Below are positions 16,173-22,804 of a stretch of 22,804 nt of DNA, piece by piece. Within the stretch, counting starts at the first letter, position 1. Each line of letters opens with the position of its first letter. A program made the translations under genes and the position numbers. The notes below the pieces were generated by a model that was not told the DNA's origin, searched no databases, and saw only the letters and a list, made by a program, of their open reading frames with translations. The stretch comes from Abditibacteriaceae bacterium (GTDB lineage: Bacteria; Armatimonadota; Abditibacteriia; Abditibacteriales; Abditibacteriaceae): contig JANPJS010000269.1 in NCBI GenBank assembly GCA_031425655.1, forward strand, positions 1 to 22,804, read 5' to 3'.

Positions 16173-19100
16173 TTGTCTGCTTCCACTGTTGCTCCGCCTG
16201 TCCGCACGTTTCAGAAATTGCTCGTGGCCAATCGCGGCGAAATCGCCGTGCGCGTGTTACGCGCCGCCACCGAGCTTGGCCTGCGCACCGTCGCCATTTA
16301 CGCGCAGGAAGACCGCTTTGGCGTGCATCGCTTCAAAGCCGATGAAGCGTATCTTGTCGGCGAAGGCAAAGGCCCGGTCGCGGCTTATCTCGACATCGAA
16401 AGTATCGTCGCGTTGGCCAAAGAAAAAGGCGTGGACGCCATTCATCCCGGCTACGGTTTTCTGTCCGAAAACGCCAATTTTGCCCGCGCCTGCCAAAAAG
16501 CGGGCATTGAATTCGTCGGGCCGCGCGCCGAGCTTTTGGAATTGATGGGCGATAAAATCGCCGCGCGTGCCCTTGCCGAAAAAGTGGGTGTGCCGACGCT
16601 ACCGGGAACGCCCGAAGCCATCGCCGACCGCAAAAAGGCGCTCAAAACCGCGCAGAAAATCGGCTTTCCTCTGATTATCAAAGCGGCGGCGGGCGGCGGC
16701 GGGCGCGGAATGCGCGTCGTGCAAAAGCCCGAAGATTTGGAAAATCTGCTCGAAGAAGCGCAAAACGAAGCCGAACGCGCCTTCGGCGACGCGTCCGTCT
16801 TCCTCGAAAAATATATTCCGCGCGCCAAGCACATCGAAGTGCAGATTTTAGGCGACCGGCATGGCAACGTCGTGCATTTGCACGAGCGCGATTGCTCGGT
16901 TCAGCGGCGTCATCAGAAAGTTATCGAAATCGCGCCGTCGGTTGACCTTGACGAGACGATTCGCCACGAATTGTGCGGCGCGGCGGCCCGTTTGGCCAAA
17001 GAAATCGGCTACGACAACGCCGGAACCGTCGAATTCCTGCTCGATACCGACAAAAACGAGTGGTTTTTCATCGAAATGAACCCGCGCATTCAAGTCGAGC
17101 ACACCGTCACGGAAGTGATTACCGGCATTGACCTTGTGCGTTCGCAGGTTCTCATCGCCGAAGGCCACGAATTGCACGGCGAACGCATTGCCATTCCCGC
17201 GCAAAACGAAGTGCCGCGCATTGGTTACGCGGTGCAGGCGCGCATCACGACCGAAGACCCCGAAGCCAAATTTACGCCCGATTACGGCAAAATTCTCGCT
17301 TATCGTTCACCGGGCGGCTACGGAATTCGCTTGGACGGCGCTTCGGGCGCGGTCGGCGCGGTTATCACGCCGTTTTACGATTCGCTTTTGGTGAAGGTCA
17401 CGGCGTCCGGCAGCACTTTTGAAATGGCGCTGGGACGCATGGATCGTGCGTTGCGTGAGTTTCGCGTTAGGGGCGTCAAGACCAACATTCCGTTTCTGGA
17501 AAACGTGGTGCAAAACCCTGCGTTTCGCGCCGGCAAAGCGACGACGACGCTGATTGACACCACGCCGTCGCTGTTTGAATTCGAGCCGCGCCGCGACCGC
17601 GCGACGAAATTGCTCAATTTCATCGGAGAAACGGTCGTCAACGGCAACCCGCACGCGAAAGGCTACAAGCCGGCGCAGGCGCTCAAACGTGTGGCTGCGC
17701 CCGCTTACGATCACAAAACGGAAGCGCCCAAAGGCACACGCCAGCTTTTGCTGGAATTGGGGCCAAAAGGCTTCGCCGACTGGACGCGCAAGCAAAAACG
17801 GCTGCTCGTCACCGACACCACGCTGCGCGACGCGCATCAATCGCTGCTGGCAACGCGCGTGCGCAGCTACGATATGCTGACCATCGCGGGCGCCATCGCG
17901 CAGCGCACGCCCCAACTGTTTTCGCTCGAAATGTGGGGCGGCGCGACCTTCGACACCACGATGCGTTTTCTGCGCGAAGACCCGTGGGACAGGCTGCACG
18001 ATTTGCGCGAAAAAGTGCCGAATATCTGCTTTCAAATGCTGTTTCGCGGCTCGAACGCGGTCGGATATTCCAATTATCCCGACAATATCGTCGCGGGTTT
18101 CGTCAAGCATTCGGCGGACGCGGGCATTGATATTTTTCGCATCTTCGACTCGCTGAATTACGTCCCAAACCTCAAAGTGGCGATGGACGCCGTGCAAAAA
18201 ACGCACGCCATCTGCGAAGCCGCGATTTGCTACACCGGCGACATTCTCGACCCCAATCGCACCAAATATTCGCTGAAATACTACGTGGATTTAGCGAAAG
18301 AATTGGAGGGCATGGGCGCGCATATTTTGGCCATTAAAGACATGGCCGGATTGTGTCGCCCGTATGCGGCGCAGGCCTTAGTCAAGGCGTTGCGCGACGA
18401 AATCGGCATCCCGATTCACTTTCACACGCACGACACCAGCGGCGTCAATGCGGCCAGCGTGCTGCGCGCCGCGGATGCCGGAGTGGACATCGCCGACCTT
18501 GCCATCGCTTCGATGTCCGGTTCAACCAGCCAGCCGAATTTGAATTCAATTGTCGCGGCTTTGCAGCACACGCCGCGCGATACCGGGCTGGATTTAGGGG
18601 CTTTGGACGAGTTTTCTGATTATTGGGAGCAGGTTCTCGAATATTACAAGCCGTTCGATACCGCTCCGCGCGCCGGCACCGCCGAAGTGTATTTGCACGA
18701 AATGCCGGGCGGACAATACACCAATTTGAAGGAGCAGGCAGCGGCGATGGGTCTGGCGCATCGCTGGCCGGAAATCGCGCGCACTTACAAGCAGGTCAAC
18801 GATTTGTTCGGCGACATCGTGAAAGTGACGCCGAGCAGCAAAGTCGTCGGCGATTTGGCGATGTTTTGCATCACGCGCGGCATGAAGCCGGACGATATTC
18901 TCAACCTCGAACCGGGCGCCACACCGTTTCCCGAATCCGTCATTGATATGCTGATGGGCGGTTTGGGCCAGCCTGTCGGCGGCTGGCCCAAAAAACTGCA
19001 AAAAGTCGTGCTCGGCGACCGCAAACCATTGAAAACACGGCCTGGTGCCGGTTTGAAGCCGCTCAATTTAACGAAGGTGCGGGGCGAAATCGAAGAAAAA

Positions 19101-19649
19101 ATCGGACGCAAAGCCTCGGACGACGATCTTTACGATTACCTGATGTATCCCGAAGTCTTCGTCGAGTTTGCGCGCTTCGCCGGCGATTATTCGGATGTTT
19201 CCGTTCTGCCGACGCCGACCTTTTTCTACGGATTGCAGCCTGACGAAGAAATTTCCGTCGAAATCGAGCCGGGCAAAGTGCTGATTATCAAGATGATCAA
19301 CGTCGGCGCCGTGGACAAAGAAGGCCAGCGCATCGTCACTTTCGAGTTGAACGGCATGACGCGCACGGCGGCGATTCAGGATAAATCGGTCAAAGCCGAA
19401 AAACCCGCGCGCCTCAAAGCCGACGCGAGTGACCCGATGCAAGTCGCGGCGCCGATTCCCGGCATGGTGACTTCGCTGGCGTGCAGTGTTGGCGGCAAAG
19501 TGGCGAAGGGCGAAAAACTCATCACGCTCGAAGCCATGAAAATGTATACGACCATCAACGCGCCCGCCGACGGCGTGGTCGAAGCGATTCACGCCGCGGT
19601 CGGCGATACGGTTGAAAGCAAAGATTTGCTGGTGAAATTGCGGGCGTAG
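16173..19649 (+). CDS. pyc: Pyruvate carboxylase
   Basis: KLLVANRGEIA, HPGYGFLSEN, ERDCSVQRRHQK, DTTLRDAHQSL, WGGATFD, HFHTHDT, KVTPSSKVVGD and EAMKM biotin site; AGGAG before TTG. Confidence 0.99.
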   Translation: MSASTVAPPVRTFQKLLVANRGEIAVRVLRAATELGLRTVAIYAQEDRFGVHRFKADEAYLVGEGKGPVAAYLDIESIVALAKEKGVDAIHPGYGFLSENANFARACQKAGIEFVGPRAELLELMGDKIAARALAEKVGVPTLPGTPEAIADRKKALKTAQKIGFPLIIKAAAGGGGRGMRVVQKPEDLENLLEEAQNEAERAFGDASVFLEKYIPRAKHIEVQILGDRHGNVVHLHERDCSVQRRHQKVIEIAPSVDLDETIRHELCGAAARLAKEIGYDNAGTVEFLLDTDKNEWFFIEMNPRIQVEHTVTEVITGIDLVRSQVLIAEGHELHGERIAIPAQNEVPRIGYAVQARITTEDPEAKFTPDYGKILAYRSPGGYGIRLDGASGAVGAVITPFYDSLLVKVTASGSTFEMALGRMDRALREFRVRGVKTNIPFLENVVQNPAFRAGKATTTLIDTTPSLFEFEPRRDRATKLLNFIGETVVNGNPHAKGYKPAQALKRVAAPAYDHKTEAPKGTRQLLLELGPKGFADWTRKQKRLLVTDTTLRDAHQSLLATRVRSYDMLTIAGAIAQRTPQLFSLEMWGGATFDTTMRFLREDPWDRLHDLREKVPNICFQMLFRGSNAVGYSNYPDNIVAGFVKHSADAGIDIFRIFDSLNYVPNLKVAMDAVQKTHAICEAAICYTGDILDPNRTKYSLKYYVDLAKELEGMGAHILAIKDMAGLCRPYAAQALVKALRDEIGIPIHFHTHDTSGVNAASVLRAADAGVDIADLAIASMSGSTSQPNLNSIVAALQHTPRDTGLDLGALDEFSDYWEQVLEYYKPFDTAPRAGTAEVYLHEMPGGQYTNLKEQAAAMGLAHRWPEIARTYKQVNDLFGDIVKVTPSSKVVGDLAMFCITRGMKPDDILNLEPGATPFPESVIDMLMGGLGQPVGGWPKKLQKVVLGDRKPLKTRPGAGLKPLNLTKVRGEIEEKIGRKASDDDLYDYLMYPEVFVEFARFAGDYSDVSVLPTPTFFYGLQPDEEISVEIEPGKVLIIKMINVGAVDKEGQRIVTFELNGMTRTAAIQDKSVKAEKPARLKADASDPMQVAAPIPGMVTSLACSVGGKVAKGEKLITLEAMKMYTTINAPADGVVEAIHAAVGDTVESKDLLVKLRA

Positions 19650-19666
19650 TCAGAACAAATGAAACG

Positions 19667-19690
19667 GCGCGGCGAGAATTCTCGCCGCGC
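19667..19690 (+). terminator. Palindromic hairpin after pyc
   Basis: GCGCGGCGAGAATTCTCGCCGCGC followed by TATTT; related copies at 21195-21227 and 22062-22094. Confidence 0.75.
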
Positions 19691-19737
19691 TATTTCGTAT
19701 GTTGCAACTGGTATCCCGGTGCTTAGTCAAAAACTAA

Positions 19738-20325
19738 ATGACCGATTTTCGGGGCTTTAGCAGTGGGTTGGAATCAAAGTTAGTGGCGTGCCTATTGGCG
19801 CCATTGATTGCCGCTACTGGATATTCGGTGTTTTTGGCGGCGCAAGCGACACATTGGGAAAAGTGCTTCGAGCAAACGGCAGTTGTTTTACTTATCGCAT
19901 TTCATGTGACATTGGCCGTTCGTTTTATAATTGCAAAATGTTTGGTTTTGCCGCCTAATAAACGCACTTCATTGAATCTATTTTTCTTTTTCGTGACGCT
20001 GATTTCTTTTAGCGTGTCTATCTCAGCAGCTCTGACACTATGGCCTATGCGTTGGACTTTTCATGGGTGCAAGCCAAAAATGGAACTATTGGCTGATCAA
20101 GTCGCAGCGGGAAATATGCCTGCATTTCCCATACGAGTAGGGCCTTTCCTAATTGATGACGGCTATATGGAAGAAAATATGGTTAGTCTTTGGTTGCCAA
20201 CTCTTCATAGCACTGAGGTGAGAGAATTCATTCGTGCGCCATATACAGAATCGAGAACGAATTTCCACGACTCGCGGGTTGTTGACTTAGGAAACGGCTG
20301 GTGTTTCAGAGAGCAACCACAATAG
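19738..20325 (+). CDS. Hypothetical membrane protein (about 3 TM), AT-rich
   Basis: 195-aa ORF with three hydrophobic segments; visibly lower GC than pyc. Confidence 0.7.
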   Translation: MTDFRGFSSGLESKLVACLLAPLIAATGYSVFLAAQATHWEKCFEQTAVVLLIAFHVTLAVRFIIAKCLVLPPNKRTSLNLFFFFVTLISFSVSISAALTLWPMRWTFHGCKPKMELLADQVAAGNMPAFPIRVGPFLIDDGYMEENMVSLWLPTLHSTEVREFIRAPYTESRTNFHDSRVVDLGNGWCFREQPQ

Positions 20326-20403
20326 ATATCTCACTCAATCGCCGCATGCAGCGCCTGCGCGAGGCGCTCGTGCGACCAGAGCGGCGCGAAAGTGCGATTT
20401 GGC

Positions 20404-20475
20404 GTCGAAGCGATTCACGCCGCTGTCGGCGATACCGTCGAAAGCAAAGATTTGCTGGTGAAACTGCGGGCGTGA
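20404..20475 (+). repeat. 72-bp copy of the pyc 3' end (19578-19649)
   Basis: Encodes the identical VEAIHAAVGDTVESKDLLVKLRA*. The differences GCG/GCT, ACG/ACC, GTT/GTC, TTG/CTG and TAG/TGA are all synonymous. Confidence 0.97.
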
Positions 20476-20494
20476 AGAGAGTAAACTTCCTTGC

Positions 20495-20719
20495 ATGAGT
20501 TTGCAGGAAATCGAAAAACAGATCGAAGCTTTAACGCCCACCGAGTTTGCGGAATTGGCGCGTTGGATGCTTGCACATCGCCCTGTAGCGCCTCAATCGA
20601 AGAACGCACTTGATGTGTTGTTCGAGAACGCAGGCAGCCTTTCCATGCCGCCCGATTGGGCCGAAGAGCACGAGCATTATTTGTATGGCGTTCCCAAGCA
20701 GCACCAGAATGAGCAGTGA
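20495..20719 (+). CDS. Putative antitoxin
   Basis: 74 aa; ends PPDWAEEHEHYLYGVPK, a tail typical of genes upstream of PIN toxins; overlaps the toxin start. Confidence 0.8.
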   Translation: MSLQEIEKQIEALTPTEFAELARWMLAHRPVAPQSKNALDVLFENAGSLSMPPDWAEEHEHYLYGVPKQHQNEQ

Positions 20720-21129
20720 TGGCGGAGCATTATTTTCTGGACACGTTTTTTGTGCAGGCCATTTTGAATGGTGCCGATGCTTATCACGAGCGAGCCGTGC
20801 AATGGAAGCCGGTGCTGTATCAATCCGAAATTTGGGTTACGGAAGCCGTATTAGTCGAAGTGGGCAATGCCCTGAGTAAAACAAGTCGCACCATAGCTGC
20901 GGACTTTATAATCGGTTGTTACTCTGCGCCTAACATTCATGTCGTTGCCGTTACATCGGAGTTGTTTGAACTTGGTCTTTCCCTTTACTTGGAGAGGCCC
21001 GATAAAGAATGGGGTCTCACCGATTGCATATCGTTCGTGGTGATGACCAGTCAGGGTATTCGTCTCGCCTTGACCGGCGATCATCATTTCGCGCAAGCTG
21101 GATTCACGCCCGTTTTGTCTTCGTTGTAA
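20719..21129 (+). CDS. vapC: PIN-domain (VapC-like) toxin
   Basis: YFLDT, VTEAVLVEVGNALS, DKEWGLTDCISFVVM, ALTGDHHFAQAGF; TGATG coupling to the antitoxin. Confidence 0.92.
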   Translation: MAEHYFLDTFFVQAILNGADAYHERAVQWKPVLYQSEIWVTEAVLVEVGNALSKTSRTIAADFIIGCYSAPNIHVVAVTSELFELGLSLYLERPDKEWGLTDCISFVVMTSQGIRLALTGDHHFAQAGFTPVLSSL

Positions 21130-21159
21130 TCGTGCCTAAAAACCGATACGACGATCAAC

Positions 21160-21248
21160 TGAAACTGCGGGCGTGAAACGAATTTAGAATTGAGAAGCAG
21201 CGCGGCGAGGTTCTCGCCGCGCTGCTTTGTTTTACTTAATTGGGTGAT
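21160..21248 (+). repeat. Cassette leader: 17-bp pyc tail + heptamer repeat + hairpin
   Basis: TGAAACTGCGGGCGTGA, GAATTTA GAATTGA, AAGCAGCGCGGCGAG-GTT-CTCGCCGCGCTGCTT, TGTTTTACTTAATTGGGTGAT. Confidence 0.92.
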
Positions 21249-21253
21249 GCAAG

Positions 21254-21517
21254 ATGACAGTCGAACAAATTGTGGCTGAAGTGCGTGCCATGCCGCCGAA
21301 CGAACGACAGAAACTGCGCGCAGTATTGGATGAGACGCCGGAGGGTGAGGCGACTATACGGGCGCGCGAGCGCGCCTTCGCCGAGAAACTGCGGGCCGAG
21401 AGTGCGGCCTATCGCGTTGACTTTGACGAAACGGCGGTTGTGGATAGCTGGGAGTTCAAGCCTGTTTCCATCGAGGGAAAACCCATTTCGGAAACCATTA
21501 TCGAGGAACGGCGCTAA
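21254..21517 (+). CDS. Putative antitoxin
   Basis: 87 aa; ends GKPISETIIEERR; TAATG overlap with the PIN gene. Confidence 0.85.
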   Translation: MTVEQIVAEVRAMPPNERQKLRAVLDETPEGEATIRARERAFAEKLRAESAAYRVDFDETAVVDSWEFKPVSIEGKPISETIIEERR

Positions 21518-21996
21518 TGGGCCTGCTCTTTCTCGACAGCAGCGCGCTGGTCAAACGCTATGTTGCAGAAACCGGCTCATCGTGGATCAACGGATTAATG
21601 TTGGTATTGGATGCTGACGGCAAGCCGGTGAATACGGTTGTCGTCGCCAACGTGACGCTGGTGGAAGTGACGTCGGCGCTGGCCCGCCGAGCGCGTGGCG
21701 GCAGCATCAGCAAAACGGACGCGGTTGCTCTTCAGGCGCAATTTCGCAGCGAAATCAATATCCGGTTTTTCGTTAAAGATTTGACGGCCTCTCAAATCGC
21801 CGCTGCGATGGACGCCGCTGAGAAACACGTTCTGCGCGGCTACGACGCCGTGCAGTTGGCAGTTGCGCTTTTTTTGAACAAAGAACGCACATTGGACGGA
21901 TTGCCGATGCTGACTTTCGTCGCTGCTGACGCGGAACTGCTCGCCGCCGCGCACGCTGAAGGCTTGCCGGTGGATAACCCAAATCTGCATCCGTAA
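21517..21996 (+). CDS. vapC: PIN-domain (VapC-like) toxin
   Basis: FLDSSALVKRYVAETGS, VEVTSALARR, LRGYDAVQLAVA, FVAADAELLAAAHAEGL. Confidence 0.93.
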   Translation: MGLLFLDSSALVKRYVAETGSSWINGLMLVLDADGKPVNTVVVANVTLVEVTSALARRARGGSISKTDAVALQAQFRSEINIRFFVKDLTASQIAAAMDAAEKHVLRGYDAVQLAVALFLNKERTLDGLPMLTFVAADAELLAAAHAEGLPVDNPNLHP

Positions 21997-22115
21997 AGCA
22001 AAGATTTGCTGGTGAAACTGCGGGCGTGAAAAGAATTTAGAATTTAGAATTGAGAATTGAGAAGCAGCGCGGCGAGGTTCTCACCGCGCTGTTTTGTTTT
22101 ACTTAATTGGGTGAT
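21995..22115 (+). repeat. Cassette leader: 35-bp pyc tail + heptamer repeats + hairpin
   Basis: AAAGCAAAGATTTGCTGGTGAAACTGCGGGCGTGA (21995-22029), (GAATTTA)2(GAATTGA)2, hairpin 22062-22094, TGTTTTACTTAATTGGGTGAT. Confidence 0.95.
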
Positions 22116-22120
22116 TCAAC

Positions 22121-22390
22121 ATGACGCTTGAGCAAATTTTAGAGCAAGTGCGCACGCTGACGCCAGAGGAACAAAGGCAAGTGCGCACGGCGTTGGACGA
22201 GAATTTGGCGTCGGATGAGAACGATGTGCAGGCGCGCGAGTTGGCTTGGCAGCGGCGTATGGAAGAAAATGGCTTGCTGCGCCCTACGGAGCCGCTTACT
22301 GAGGCAGAATTAGAAGAAATGCGGCGCTTCCAGCCGGTCGTTGTTTCGGGCAAACCGGTCTCCGAAACTATTATCGAGGAGAGGCGCTAA
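22121..22390 (+). CDS. Putative antitoxin, paralog of 21254..21517
   Basis: MTLEQILEQVRTLTPEE...ARELAW...GKPVSETIIEERR. Confidence 0.85.
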   Translation: MTLEQILEQVRTLTPEEQRQVRTALDENLASDENDVQARELAWQRRMEENGLLRPTEPLTEAELEEMRRFQPVVVSGKPVSETIIEERR

Positions 22391-22393
22391 TTC

Positions 22394-22599
22394 ATGGCCG
22401 CTTACTTTTTCGATAGCAGCGCAGTGGTTAAGTTCCATATCGCTGAAACCGGCACGGCCTGGGTAAGGACGATTTTGTTAGCGACGAGGCCAGACGGCAC
22501 GTTGGCGAATCCGATATTCATCGCTAACATTACCGAAGTTGAAGTCACTGCCGCCGTGTCCCGTCGGGCGCGAGCCGGTGGTTCGTCTTTGACCAATCC
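22394..22599 (+). pseudogene. vapC: PIN-domain toxin truncated by an insertion sequence
   Basis: FFDSSAVVKFHIAETGT...EVTAAVSRRARAGG matches the previous toxin, then similarity stops at ~22599; the LR.YDA.QLA half is missing. Confidence 0.85.
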
Positions 22600-22690
22600 C
22601 ATAGGCATCAACTTAAGAACTTCGCCTGTGTTCACCCCATTAAAATGGGGCGCTATGCTTACAAACTCATCTTACGCGGTTGGTTTGTGG
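22600..22690. mobile_element. Probable IS4-family (IS231-like) terminal inverted repeat and adjacent IS sequence
   Basis: CATAGGCATCAACTTAAGAA at the point where VapC similarity ends; resembles the IS231 end CATGCCCATCAACTTAAGAA as I recall it. Confidence 0.6.
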
Positions 22691-22709
22691 TAGCGAAACT
22701 GAAGAGCTG

Positions 22710-22804
22710 ATGACCAAGCACAACTTACGCCTGCTCGACCTTTACACGGATTACCTGTTGTCGTCCTTCGGGGCCACCACCGCGACCGGATTATCGCGCT
22801 TGCT
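22710..22804 (+). mobile_element. N-terminus of an IS701-family-like transposase, runs off the window
   Basis: MTKHNLRLLDLYTDYLLSSFGATTATGLSRL; the DLYTDYL.SSFG.TTATGLS motif is one I recognise from IS701-type transposases. Confidence 0.75.

Noticed and set aside
10007..19592. Long antisense and alternate-frame ORFs inside the DUF1553 gene and pyc (e.g. 11972..13066, 12001..12834, 17307..18206)
   Set aside because: Shadow ORFs expected from high-GC codon bias; no recognisable motifs.
20301..20498. 65-aa ORF spanning the pyc tail copy
   Set aside because: Off-frame reading of the repeat plus a short unassigned GC-rich fragment (20326-20403); no RBS and no protein-like composition.
19650..22600. 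Classical integron with attC sites
   Set aside because: No intI in the window; the hairpins lack RYYYAAC/GTTRRRY ends, and the repeated unit is the pyc coding tail.

Overview
Bacterial genomic DNA, GC-rich, standard code 11. The left part is a minus-strand run: FAD/Rieske oxidoreductase, YHS-TlpA thiol-disulfide oxidoreductase, a YHS protein, TrmH-family methyltransferase, TPR protein, folP, two small membrane proteins, folB, folK and panD. It converges on the 3' end of a probable phage portal (DUF935-like) gene. The middle holds a DUF1501 + cytochrome c/DUF1549/DUF1553 pair, a DUF3465 lipoprotein, a membrane protein and a secreted EF-hand/TPR protein. The right part is pyruvate carboxylase (pyc) followed by a cassette array. 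Three things stand out. (1) The ORF-track genes 5460..5759 and 4893..5405 are one reading frame interrupted by two TGA codons (S-TGA-P-G-TGA-P) with a SECIS-like hairpin. This suggests a missed exported UxxU double-selenoprotein (signal peptide + YHS + beta-barrel-like domain) coupled to the TlpA gene. (2) Downstream of pyc, the last codons of pyc recur three more times, each copy leading into an antitoxin/PIN-toxin pair, which looks like repeated cassette insertion by 3'-end replacement. The last toxin is cut by IS4/IS701-like sequence. (3) Most junctions of the folate/pantothenate run carry a different long inverted repeat built from short tandem units, and one of them encloses two cargo genes. 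All family assignments come from motif recognition by eye, not from database searches.
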